Positions 8,001-18,100 of a stretch of DNA of 64,000 nucleotides are shown here, in pieces; position 1 is the first letter of the stretch; each line of letters starts with the position of its first letter. Below the pieces are notes generated by a model that saw only the letters and a list, made by a program, of their open reading frames with translations, did no database searches and had not been told where the DNA came from. Source of the stretch: Kiritimatiellia bacterium (lineage in GTDB: Bacteria; Verrucomicrobiota; Kiritimatiellia; RFP12; JBMNHG01); assembly GCA_050950285.1 (NCBI GenBank), contig JBMNHG010000002.1, forward strand, positions 504,654 through 568,653, written 5' to 3'. Made by a program: the position numbers and the translations under genes.

Positions 8001-10544
8001 GCCAGCCTCCGCGCCATCGCGCCCGGCGGAGCCGCAGGCGTCCCGGACGTGGCACGGCTCGACCTTCCAGCCGCGCCAGCACACGCCGACACCTCCGCCG
8101 CACCCGCGCAACATCGCGCCGACCCCGGCGCGGACGGCGGCTCCGCCTCCATCCGCACAGCCAGCGTGGCACGCCGCGAAACACCCCGCTCCGCAGGCGG
8201 CGCCGCACGCAACGCGCCGAACTCCTCCCGCGCTTCCCTCCCGGACGCGCCGATCGCTCCGTCCGGAGGCGCTCCCGACGCCCCCGTCTTCGCCGACGCG
8301 GGCGACGCTCCCGCCGCGCACTCCAGCCTCCGAGCCATCGCGCCCGGCGGAGCCGCAGGCGTCCCGGACGTGGCACGGCTCGACCTTCCAGCCGCGCCAG
8401 CACACGCCGACACCTCCGCCGCACCCGCGCAACATCGCGCCGACCCCGGCGCGGACGGCGGCTCCGCCTCCATCCGAACCGCCAGCGTGGCACGCCGCGA
8501 AACACCCCGCTCCGCAGGCGGCGCCGCACGCAACGCGCCGAACTCCTCCCGCGCTTCCCTCCCGGACGCGCCGATCGCTCCGTCCGGAGGCGCTCCCGAC
8601 GCCCCCGTCTTCGCCGACGCGGGCGACGCTCCCGCCGCACACGCCAGCCTCCGAGCCATCGCGCCCGGCGGAGCCGCAGGCGTCCCGGACGTGGCACGGC
8701 TCGACCTTCCAGCCGCGCCAGCACACGCCGACACCTCCGCCGCACCCGCGCAACATCGCGCCGACCCCGGCGCGGACGGCGGCTCCGCCTCCATCCGAAC
8801 CGCCAGCGTGGCACGCCGCGAAACACCCCGCTCCGCAGGCGGCGCCGCACGCAACGCGCCGAACTCCTCCCGCGCTTCCCTCCCGGACGCGCCGATCGCT
8901 CCGTCCGGAGGCGCTCCCGACGCCCCCGTCTTCGCCGACGCGGGCGACGCTCCCGCCGCGCACTCCAGCCTCCGAGCCATCGCGCCCGGCGGAGCCGCGG
9001 GCGTCCCGGACGTCGCACGGCTCGACCTTCCAGCCGCGCCAGCACACGCCGCCACCTCCGTCGCACCCGCGCAACATCGCGCCGACCCCGGCGCGGACGG
9101 CGGCTCCGCCTCCATCCGCACAGCCAGCGTGGCACGCCGCGAAACACCCCGGCTCCGCAGCGGCACGCACGGCGCATCACGCCTCTCCCGCGCCGCCCTT
9201 CCGGAAGCGACGGCCGGCACCCTCGGCACGGCCCCCCCGCCGCCGCTCCCCGATGTCGAGGACGACGCCCCTCCCGCCCCAGGCCCGCTCCGGGAAATTG
9301 CCGGTGGCGATTTCGCGATATCCATCGGCGAAGGAGGGCGAGGCTCCGTCCGCACCACCATCGGAATGGCCCGCTATGGCGGGGACTGGGATTGCGCGCG
9401 TTCGGCGATGATGTTCCTCGGCCACCAACTCAAGGAACGAACCCGCCTCGCCTTCATCGCAAACGACTCCGTAATCGCCCTGGACAGTCCGGACCTCTCC
9501 AAACTGCCCTTCGTGTACCTCACCGGCCATAACGACTTCCGCTTCACCGACGCGGAAATCGCAAACCTCCGCGCCTACCTCCACGCCGGCGGCCACCTCT
9601 GGGCGGACGACTCCACCCACTTCAACGACGACTCTTTCGACACCGCCTTCCGCCGCGAAATCGCCCGCGTCCTCCCCGATGCGCCCCTCGTGCGGCTCGG
9701 CCCCGAATTCGCCGGCTTCCACACGGGCTACGACCTCTCCAACGGCTACAAAGGCTATGCCATCCCCCCCGGCGACAAGTACCGTCTCGACTACATCGAA
9801 GGCATCGCCATCGGCGGCCGTGTCGCAGTGGTCTACACCCGCAACGACTACGGCGACGGCCTCAACATCGACGCGCACACCCATCCGCTCAAGGTCTCCC
9901 TCACCGACCTCTCCCCCGCCGAAATGCAGGAAGGCGCCACGCGCATGGGCATCAACCTCGCCCTCTATTTCCTCACCTCCGCCGACACGCGCACCGCGAA
10001 GTTCGTCGACCGTACCTCCGCGACCCTGCGCAACGCGAAAGACCCCTCCCTGCCCGTCGCGCCAGAAGGCTCCGCACGGCCATGGGCGAACCTCGTCGAA
10101 GGCCCGTGGGAACACGAGCCCTGGAGCGATGCCGGAACCCGAAACGCGGGCGGTGGCGTGGCAACGCTCGACTTCACCCTCGGCAAGAACGAGAAGGTGG
10201 CGTTCTCCACCGTGTGCGAGCCCGCACTGGCCATCTCGACGCGTGACGCGCTCGTGGCCGACGTGACAAGCGACCTGCAGTGCGCGGCGCGCATCGCCGT
10301 CGGCCTCGAAATCGGCGGCCGATACTTCGAATCGACCCCCGCCTTCGTGAAGCCCGGAAGCAACGTCGTGGTCTTCCACTGCGGCGAAGCCACCTTCAAG
10401 AGCGAGGCGGGGAACTGGAATTACGCCGACCCTCTCCCCTCCCCCGCCTCCGTGTCGAAACTCACGCTGCTCGTCTACTCCCCCTCCTCCGGCCGCATCC
10501 ACCTCCGGAACGCCCGGATCATCGAGACCGCACGGGATCCCTGA
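5094..10544 (+). CDS. Giant VWA-domain / single-TM / tandem-repeat / DUF4159-domain protein (~1816 aa)
   Basis: N-terminal signal-like segment (LLPLAVAAAWFLA). VWA domain with a MIDAS-like DxSxS motif (IDVALVLDDSHSM ... VLVVLSDGRDE ... TVGF). Pro-rich linker, then TM helix WLHILLLVCLLALIAFFLVHRM. Then 4.5 copies of a 107-aa repeat. Then a DUF4159-like domain (FVYLTGHNDFRFTDAEIANLRAYLHAGGHLWADDSTHFNDDSFDTAFRREIARVLPD). The ORF upstream of ATG 5094 is R-rich out-of-frame noise overlapping tsaB. Confidence 0.75.
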   Translation: MTTLRRHPGTRGTTTALLPLAVAAAWFLASPRPLPAAATYQPFAHHGLVRARADLFPDATRFSATLLPTDDASPEAAAPAAFAAATRDADTLTLLVGGWPILPPGRYAIQIQGFAANGGEAGSLVVPDAVELAPRRIDVALVLDDSHSMRHTDPSRLRIEAARVFARIAATRGDVATLSIVGFSRRPRLLLPPSPPGDAAALDAALARLSASGSTDLDAALILAASELARLPADSRKVLVVLSDGRDEPGEYANAHLRCVALRWPIYTVGFSEDIDEATLRRIADSTGGTFHRADSSGQLAAIFTKIARDLHRNVSLGEWPAGEGTSVTIPVDDTVRSLSLTLLDQEPGAACSLIDPVGVSRAMACLPGARDDVAEIFAPAAGEWTLRGIHGHGILSVQAASDLELVAIPPADTPVRPGDPLALSCVLLSADGPVPGATLVARLDPHATDSRLPEWPDTPFPLRDDGQDGDIAPSDGVYALRLPAPAAGSGTLRFLATGHTQAGFAFERHDSLPLSVLDPAPPPNLPGIAWLSPRLPDPLPSPRGIRSTLPAPLPESRFPPRVLSSRLDNPSTPLPAARNLLPLPATTPPPLHLSFPPPTPIGELLPPPEFLPVAPDPSFFERYNWLHILLLVCLLALIAFFLVHRMTKLKGRHGRMLKYFVGSVAAHALLLLLTLDLLVQVRAVELEDISPGLAVSLEALEGATGVRLAPPGPIAGIREQERQTTLERVEARIARENERRRATRHPDLPTPETSLPAPHLENGEVPSGTLAHLESKIPDVPPESDLPSPHETSATIVPHLAEPSEPGDTPVARATDFARLEAARSGNDVPHPSPTILPDASEALDNAAIEAPTFDVAHRNPAPLQQLGPAAAAKATDVAWLDLPDAPSHTPASIALALHRADPGADGGSASIRTASVARRETPRSAGGATRNAPNSSRASLPDAPIAPSGGAPDAPVFADAGDAHAAHASLRAIAPGGAAGVPDVARLDLPAAPAHADTSAAPAQHRADPGADGGSASIRTASVARRETPRSAGGAARNAPNSSRASLPDAPIAPSGGAPDAPVFADAGDAPAAHSSLRAIAPGGAAGVPDVARLDLPAAPAHADTSAAPAQHRADPGADGGSASIRTASVARRETPRSAGGAARNAPNSSRASLPDAPIAPSGGAPDAPVFADAGDAPAAHASLRAIAPGGAAGVPDVARLDLPAAPAHADTSAAPAQHRADPGADGGSASIRTASVARRETPRSAGGAARNAPNSSRASLPDAPIAPSGGAPDAPVFADAGDAPAAHSSLRAIAPGGAAGVPDVARLDLPAAPAHAATSVAPAQHRADPGADGGSASIRTASVARRETPRLRSGTHGASRLSRAALPEATAGTLGTAPPPPLPDVEDDAPPAPGPLREIAGGDFAISIGEGGRGSVRTTIGMARYGGDWDCARSAMMFLGHQLKERTRLAFIANDSVIALDSPDLSKLPFVYLTGHNDFRFTDAEIANLRAYLHAGGHLWADDSTHFNDDSFDTAFRREIARVLPDAPLVRLGPEFAGFHTGYDLSNGYKGYAIPPGDKYRLDYIEGIAIGGRVAVVYTRNDYGDGLNIDAHTHPLKVSLTDLSPAEMQEGATRMGINLALYFLTSADTRTAKFVDRTSATLRNAKDPSLPVAPEGSARPWANLVEGPWEHEPWSDAGTRNAGGGVATLDFTLGKNEKVAFSTVCEPALAISTRDALVADVTSDLQCAARIAVGLEIGGRYFESTPAFVKPGSNVVVFHCGEATFKSEAGNWNYADPLPSPASVSKLTLLVYSPSSGRIHLRNARIIETARDP
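7730..9165 (+). repeat. In-frame tandem repeat, 321-bp unit x ~4.5, near-identical copies
   Basis: GCCGACCCCGGCGCGGACGGCGGCTCCGCCTCC recurs at 7797, 8118, 8439, 8760 and 9081 (period 321 bp, i.e. 107 aa: ADPGADGGSASIRTASVARRETPRSAGG...). Copies 2-4 differ by only a few bases. Confidence 0.9.
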
Positions 10545-10545
10545 T

Positions 10546-10569
10546 GGCCGGCGCACGATGCGCCGGCCT
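10546..10569. terminator. GC hairpin between convergent genes (GGCCGGCGCA-cgat-TGCGCCGGCC)
   Basis: Perfect 10-bp inverted repeat with a 4-nt loop, lying in the 57-bp spacer between the stop of the VWA gene (10544) and the stop of the minus-strand gene (10602). Confidence 0.6.
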
Positions 10570-10601
10570 CCGATTCTGCGGCGACGGAAGCGGAAGGCGG
10601 C

Positions 10602-11927
10602 TCAGGGGAAGACCACGTCGAGCGCGGCATCCGCAACCCGGATGTCGCATGCCGCGTCGGAGCCAGCCACCCGCACCGACGCAAAGGTTCCGCGAATCGC
10701 CGCGGCCTCGACCACGCGGAACGCGCCATGGGGCGCCATGCCCTCCGGCACGACGATTTCCAGCACGGTGGCGGCTTCGTCGTCGATGGAGAGGACGCCC
10801 GTCCCCTCCGTGGTTCCGGCGAGCTGCAAGAGGGCGGCATCCGCGTCCGTCCCAAGCGTCGCGCGCAAGACCGACTCCTTGCCTTCGCCCGCGTTGGCGA
10901 GGACGAGGTCGACGTCCGTCATCGCGGCGCCGCCCTCCACTTCGAGCCGGCCCGCGTTCCGGAAGAGAAGGCGGCGGCCTTCGGCGTTTCCGGTTGAATT
11001 GCGGTAGGCGAACGCGCCCGAGACCCTTGCGGTCGCACCCGGACGGTTCTCGATGCGCGAACTGGTCGCATCCGCCTTGTAGAAGCTGCCTTCCCCGGCG
11101 CTGTTCGGCAGGCGTTCCAGCACCGCGCCATCCGTGAGCCGAAGATCCCCGAAATTGTCGATGCCGGTGAACCCGCCGTGATTCCCTTGGACGGAGAGCC
11201 GCCCGCCGAGGATGAATTCGCCCTGGTTGGAGACCTTCGCTTCGCGGTTGTTGAAGGGATGGCCGGAGCCGTTGGTCGCAGGTGGCCACCTCGAGCGCGG
11301 CAATCGGATTGGACGCTGAAGACGGAGCCTGCGGCATTCTCGACCGTCGCCTGGCTGCCCACGAGGCGGAAGGCGCCGCCCGGCGTGATCGTGAACGAGG
11401 CGGCGGAGGTTCCGTCGCCGTTGACCAGGCGGCGCTTCCCGCATCCGTTGGGATGGGGTCCAGCCGAAGCGGACCGGCCTGGTGCTGTCGGAACCGGTCA
11501 CCGACAGGGTGCCGACGTTCGCCAGTTCGTCCTCCGATCCCCAGGCGGCGGCGTGGCCGATCTGCGACGGCGCCTCGAAGACCGCCTCGCCGGAGTTGCG
11601 GAAGCGCTGGAGCGCGAGGTGGCAGCCCTTGCCCAGCGAAAACGTCCCGGAGGTGATGAAGTGCGGAATCCAGAGGCCGCGGCCGGTGGAGGACATGAAG
11701 CCGATGATCGCACCGTCGCGCATCCGCCAGATGCCTCGGTTCCGGATCGCGCGGGAACCGACGTTGTTGCCGTCCGCCGCCCAGTCGAAGAGGATGGAGG
11801 CGCCGTCCTGGTCGACTTCGCCGTTCTCCGTGTTCTCGACCAGCGCATTGCCCTGGGCGGCCGCGATAGCGGAGGAGCGTCTCCTGCGAAACGGGCTGGA
11901 GGATGGCGTCCGGGACACCTTCGACGG
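10602..11927 (-). pseudogene. Frameshift-disrupted 3' portion of the upstream giant secreted-protein gene (or sequencing-error-riddled C-terminal region)
   Basis: Protein-like sequence continues from the 11928..14703 ORF, but only by hopping between all three minus-strand frames: near 11990 (GIVGVHV -> MPRVTVEGVPDAILQPVSQ), near 11870 (-> SAIAAAQGNALVENTENGEV...WTPSQ), near 11440 (-> LVNGDGTSAASFTITPGGAFRLVGSQATVENAAGSVFSVQS), and near 11300 (-> ATNGSGHPFNNREAKVSNQGEF...DVVFP). R-rich junk appears wherever a single frame is followed. Confidence 0.5.
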
Positions 11928-14703
11928 TCACGCGCGGCATGGAGGCGGTATCCGCGCCCGCCCTCGAGGGACGTGCACCCCCACGATGCCCATCCGGGCC
12001 TTGACCTCGGCGCCCGTGCCGGTGCCGACGAGACGGACGCGGGGAACGAAGGTGTAGCCCGAGCCGGAGGAATGGAGGACCAGGCGGCTCAAGGCGCCGC
12101 TCGCTTCGTCGATGAACGCCTGGGCCGCGGGCGGCGTGCCGCCGTAGAGATCCGGCGGATCGAATTCCACGCGCGGGGGCTCGGCGAAGCCGGAGCCGAG
12201 GCGGACGATTTCAAGCGACTCGACGCCGAGGATCGCCTCCGCCCGCGCACCTTCCCCGGCGCCACCTTCGAAGACAAGCTCCGGGCGGGAGGGAACGCCG
12301 GTGCCTCCCCGGACAACCGCCACGCCCGCGACCGCCCCCGAACCTCCAAGGCAAAGCGCGCGGTCGATGGCGAACTGGAACGAAAGGCTGTCGATCGCAA
12401 CCGGCTGCCCCGCCGTGTGGAGCCCGCCTGCGATGTCGGGCGAGAAGGGCTTCGGCTCGCGTTCGCCACGGATGCGAAGCGGCGCGGCGAGCACGGCGCC
12501 GTATCGGGGATTGCGGCCGCCCCGCACGAGTTGCCAGAGCGGCATGGCCGAGTCCGGCGCAGGCGCGGCGGGAAGCGCGATCGCCGGGGGCTGATAGTAG
12601 AACGGCATCTCGATGTCGACCTCGTCGCCCATCGTCATGCGCTCGGATTCCTGCTCGGGATGCGCCTCCCACGGCTCGAGGGAGAGGCGATAGGAGTTGC
12701 CGGGCTTGTAGTCGAGATAGGGCGCGAAGACCTCGCCATCGAGCACCGACCATTGCGCGACGTTGATGTCCCGGTCGTCCGTCCGCCCCTTGTGGACCTT
12801 GAGAATCCGGTAGTGGCGGACGGACAGGCAGCGCCGGTAGGGCGCGATGCCAAGCGGGTCGGCGGGCTCGCAATCGCCGACGAGGAGGGCTTCGACCTCG
12901 AGACGCTGCGCGGCGGGTTCGCGGGCGGCGGCGCGTTCGCGCCAGGCGGCAACGCGCAGGCGGGCGTCCGGAAGCGACAGGGTCCGCCCGAGGAAAGCGA
13001 TGGACTCCAGACGCCCCGGCCAATTCGCGCCACCGTCCGCGACATCGCCCAGCGTAAGCGGAGCGGGTTGCCAGGATCGCGGGGAGAGCGCGGACGAGGC
13101 CGCGCCGGAGCCACCTTCGGCATCGCGCTCCAAGCCCGCCGGGAGAAGCACGCGTTTCCCGTCCGCCGCGACACGGAGGCCCTCCGCGCCGGAAACGGAC
13201 ACCGCCAGATGCACCGGCCGGCCGGCCGAAAGCGCCACGGGGAGCTCGAACGGATCCGCATGGCCGCGAAGCGAAAGGCGGAGACGGTCGCCCAGTTGCA
13301 CAAGGCGCAGGTTTTCGCCGAAATCCAGGATCGCCCCGGGATGGGCGAGCGATGCGACGCTCGGCGCCAGCACGAGTTCGAACGAGGCGGCATCCGCCGC
13401 ATGCGCGGCTTCCAGCCAGCGCCCGGCGGCGCCGTCGGGGACAAAGGCCCCGTCGTCCAGGTCGAGCAGGAAGCCTTGCGCGAGGCAGGCCGACCGGAGA
13501 AAGCGCCCGCCGCACTGGGTCACGGCGCCGGAGCCGGGATCGACAAGCTGGTTGTCGGTGGTGCCGTCCGTCCAGGCATAGACCGTCCCCGTCCTGTCGG
13601 GACGGACCCCTTCGGGCGGTTCTTCGATTTCGGGAAGGGGGTCGGGCTCCTTCGCGAGCCAGGCGGGCGGACCGTCGGGCTGGACCCAGGCATCGGGCCA
13701 GTAATCGCCCCGCTCGTTGCGCGAGACCTTCACCCAGCGCTCGATGTCGCGGAAATCCCCGGTGAACTTGCCGAAGTAGACCTCGACGCCCGCCGCGACC
13801 TCGTTGGGAATCTTGCCCTCCTCCGCGCTCCAGCTCCAGCGGCTGAAGGGCGAGGAAAGGACCAGGAAGCGCGGATGATTGCTCCAGCGGGGATGATACA
13901 TCTCCTCGTTGCCCTTGAGTTCGAGGCCCGGCGACTTGTCGAAGCGGACGCCCCAGCTGCCGCCCTTCCCGGATCGATCGGTCGTGAAGCAGAAATGGAT
14001 GCTGCGGTGGTTGCCGGTGAAGACCCACGAGCGAAGCGAATCGTCGGGGCACATGGCAGGCCAGCACCCGCCGGCGCGCTGGGCGAAGTGCGAGTTCGGA
14101 AGGAAGAAGACGCCCTGGGGCGAATTGCCGCCGTCGCCGCCGCCGGAAGCCGCGCGACCGTCGCCGTTCAGCATGAAGTGATGGCATCCCGTCTTGTCCC
14201 AGACGAGCTCCGAAACGGTCGGATCGTCGAGGCGATGGCGCATGATGGCGAGGGCCTGACGGTCTCCCCGGGCGACCTTCTCGCGCACGTAGACCCACTC
14301 CACATGGTCGCGGGGATCTTCCCAGACATCCATGAATTCGACATCGCCGAGAATCTTCCGGGGAGTCCCGCCGGTGAAATCCACGATGAAAACCCCGCCC
14401 TTTTCCGCATCGCCGTAGACCACGCGCGTGCCGTCGTCGGTAAGGAGCGGCTTGATGTACCGCGACGGCTCCGCAAGAATCGTCCGTTCGCCGAGGCCGT
14501 CCTCGGTGTCGAAGCCCATGAGGACCATCGTGGGCTTTTCCGAATAGGGGCAGGCGGTCGGGCCGGCATCCTGGACCCAGACCACCTTCACCGGACGCCC
14601 CTCGGAGAGGGCCTTCAGGTCTTCCGCGACGGAAGCGGCATCCTGCGGGACGGCGGCAAGCGGCAGGACAAGACAAAGAAAAACCAGGGGGAAGACGTTC
14701 ATG
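11928..14703 (-). CDS. Large secreted hypothetical protein (~925 aa as annotated; true C-terminus probably continues to ~10602 via frameshifts)
   Basis: Signal peptide MNVFPLVFLCLVLPLAAVPQDAAS at ATG (complement) 14701-14703. Balanced composition. The overlapping plus-strand ORF 11178..14906 is G/A/R-rich antisense noise. Confidence 0.65.
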
Positions 14704-14772
14704 GGGGAAAAGAGAGCAAAAAGCATGCCCGCGACTTCGTGCCTGAGGAATCGGCAATCGTCCGTCTTATTA

Positions 14773-14922
14773 CTAACCCGGCCACAAATAGCGTTGCTCA
14801 CGGAGATTCAGGCATTGGGAGCTGGAATTTGGAGTTGGGAAAGGGGCATGGACATTCCTGTCCGTGTCACGGGTTGGAAAACCCGTGCCCCTGTTTTGCA
14901 GTATGAATTGTGGCCGAGTTAG
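14773..14922. mobile_element. MITE copy 1 (150 bp, TIR CTAACCCGGCCACAA / TTGTGGCCGAGTTAG, TA target-site duplication)
   Basis: Terminal inverted repeats with one mismatch, flanked by TA at 14771-14772 and 14923-14924. The same flanks occur uninterrupted at ~19927-19955 (GTCCGTCTTATTAC|TTCTTCCTTGTTTC), i.e. an empty site. A second copy lies inverted at 55516-55665. No ORF is encoded. An internal hairpin is CACGGGTTggaaAACCCGTG. Confidence 0.8.
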
Positions 14923-15135
14923 TACTTCTTCCTTGTTTCGTAATCGGTTAGCGGCAGGGGGTGAGGGGGCGATGCAATTCAAGTGCGAGGGGTAGCAAAA
15001 AAATCGTGTTTTTTGTGTTTGCACGAACGTTTGTAATATGATCCTGGCCAACTTTGTTCCGTTGACAACCTTCGCATAGGTTTGCAACAATCAGTTCCAC
15101 ATTCTTCACGTTGTTTGCCAGGGAGGCAGTTGTCC

Positions 15136-18100
15136 ATGAATTCGCGCCGTTTGTTCTCCAGGTTTGCCTGTTCGGTCATCGCGACAGCCGCATGCGTCGG
15201 CATCGCCAGCGCCGCTTCGCCCGTCGATGTGGACGGCCTCACGCTCTGGCTCGACGCCAATGACTTCGCAAAGTACCCAACCGGCACAAAGGTGCCTTCC
15301 TGGACGGACAAGGCGAGCAGCCTTCCTTTCACGCAGGGCACCGATTCCGTGCGACCGACCGTGAACAAGGAAGGTCCAAACAACAAGACGGTCGTCCACT
15401 TCGAGCGCCCGAACCCCGGCAACCCGAAGCAGACGCAGTATCTCGAGTGCCAGAACAATACCTTGAAGACCCTCTTCCAGGCACCCCACACATCGTTTGC
15501 AGTCGCGCGCGGCACGGCTGCCGGCGGCAACGGCGGCAAGGAGAACGCCACGTACGTCTACGCGTTGCCGGGCTACCACAGCGGCCTCCAGTTCTGGGCG
15601 GACGGCGGAAACAACCTGGTCCCACCCACGCAGGCTGGCGCAATCCGCTGGCTGTCCAACTCGTCGGGCGGCAATGTCGATGGGAACTTCGACCTCCGTG
15701 CGTCCTACACGGCAGGCGAGTACATCATGCTCTCGGCCGTCGTCAATGGCTATAGCTACAATACCCCCGGCGTATCGCTGGACGTCTTCATCAACAACGA
15801 GCCCGTCAATTCCGGCAGCAATGCCGGCAAGTACCTCTACAAGCAGACCAGCGAGTGCGCCCTCGTGCGCATCGGCGCTTCGAACAACAGCGCCGACTGG
15901 TCCGGCGGCCTGAACGGCGACATCGCCGAAATCCTCGTCTTCAACCGCGTGCTTTCCGAGGCGGAACAGAGAACCGTCTGGAAATACCTCGCCAACAAAT
16001 GGGGGCTCGTCGGCTTCGCGATCGGGAACCCCGTGACCCACAGCCCGCTTTACATTTCATCCGGCACGGTCTCCATCATCTCCCATCCCGAAATCGTCGA
16101 GGGCATGGAATACCAGCTCTCCCTCGAGGCAGAGGCAGACAATCTTTCAGAGGCAGACTGGATGGCGTCCTCCACCCCGTTCCCGGAAACCTACTCCTTC
16201 CCCACCCCGGCCGAGGATGGCGACGTGACCATCTATCTTTGGACGCGCACCACGGGCGAAAACGCCGGGACGAACTCCGCCCCCGCGACCATCGCATACA
16301 CCACGGTCGCCCCGACCGCCGTCGCCAAGGACATCTCGATCGCGATCGACAGCGTAACCGGATATCCGCTTTCCGCTTCCGAAATCGACAATGGCTCCTC
16401 CGACGCAACCGGCATCTATTCGCTCTCGGTTGATCCCGGCGTCATCCGCTTCGCGACCAACGTGACGCTCACCGTGATGAACAACGCGGGCCTCGCCTCC
16501 ACCGCGACCGCGCACGTGTCCATCTCCTCTCTCCTCGACATCCACGTGGAGACGGACGGCAATGACGGCCTTGGCGACGGTTCCGCAGGATCTCCCTTCG
16601 CCACCATCTCCCATGCGATCGACGTCGCGAACAACGCGAACGACGGCAACTTCCGCACGGTCTACGTCGGCGAAGGCACCTTCTCCGCCGCTTCCGGCGA
16701 AGTGTTCCCGTACACCGTCTCCAACAACGTGGCGATCGCCGGTTCCGGCATCGGGCGCACGATCGTCGATGGCAACCGCACCGGCAACTTCATGAACCTC
16801 GTCGCCTCCACGACACCATCCCGCATCGCCGGCCTCTCGCTCCGCCGCGCGCAGCGCTACGCGATCAACGCCGAGTCCTGGGGCGGCGTCATCGAGGACT
16901 GCGAGATCAGCGACATCTCGAACACCTACAATTTCATCTTCGTGAACGAAGCTTCCGCGCGCGACTTCACCCTGAGCGGACTCGTCGTGACCAACATCAC
17001 GGGCTCGACTTCATCGAAGCAGCTCATGGATCTGCGCGGCGCGACTGGCGGACTGCTCACGATCACGAACTGCTTCTTCGACAACATCTCCACGCCAAAC
17101 GCGGCGTGGCAGCATGGCGGCAACATCCGCATCATGGGTTCGATAAAAGTTCAAACCGCCGGCTGGAATTCGGAAGTTGTCGACACCGTCTTCGCGAATT
17201 TCACGGCCCCCGGCGGCAACCATGGGGAAGGTTCCTGCATCATGTACGGCAAGACGGCCGACTACGGCTACCATCGGATCGACCGTTGCGTCTTCCACGA
17301 CATCGACTTCACCAACAACGGCGAAGTGTTCATCGGCGGCGACAATGCGAACGCCACCGGCCAGACGCTGGAGATCTGCAACAGCCTCTTCTACAACATC
17401 CACTTCAAGAACAACGGGCCGAGCTACACGTCGAGCGCAGTCGGCGGATTCCGCGTCGCCCCGATCGTCTACAACTGCACCTTCCACAATGTCGACACCG
17501 TGGTGCGCCCGTTCACCGGTTCGGCCCTCAAGGTGTACAACTCCAGCATCAGCGACTGCGCCCACCTCGCGATGGCGAACAACCCCACGACGTACGTCTA
17601 CCTCAACAACGTGAACGTCTGCAACACGGGCGACGCCTCGAACTACAGCGCAGCGAACAGCTCGAACGTGACTTCGTACGACCCCTACTACAAGAACGCG
17701 TCTTCCGCGAACTTCAAGCTCAAGCCCCTGAGCCTGCTCGTCGACGCCGGCAACAACGCGAATGTCCAGGGTGCGAATGACCTCGCGCACGGCGTGCGTA
17801 TCGCCGACGGCAACGCGGATGGAACCGCGACCGTCGATATCGGAGCATACGAGTACGATCCCTCCGCCGCCGGCGCCCGCTTCGTCGCAGGCGCCGCAGT
17901 CTACGGCGTCTTCGAAGGCAAGAGCGTTGCAATCCCCGTCTGGATCGAACCCGCGATGGCACGTGATCCAATCACCGCCAATGTCGCCTGCCCCGCCGGC
18001 ATCACCGGCGCGGCGACGCTCTCCTTCACGACCGGCCTTGAGACGAACCACCTCGTCGTCACCGCCGCCGATCCGCTGGACGTCCCGAACGGCACGCTTC

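Noticed and set aside
7730-9165. Possible CRISPR array suggested by regular repeats
   Set aside because: Period is 321 bp, in-frame within a CDS, with no short unique spacers; it is a protein-coding tandem repeat, not CRISPR.
5004-9532. Very long ORFs antisense or out-of-frame to the VWA/DUF4159 gene (5004..9170 minus, 7114..9180 minus, 5387..9532 plus, 6962..9361 minus)
   Set aside because: Arg/Gly/Pro-rich repetitive translations produced by the tandem repeat and high GC; no signal peptide, domains or plausible starts.
11178-14906. 1242-aa plus-strand ORF opposite the secreted-protein gene
   Set aside because: Compositional noise (GAGADETDAGNEG...); the minus-strand frame carries a signal peptide and protein-like sequence.
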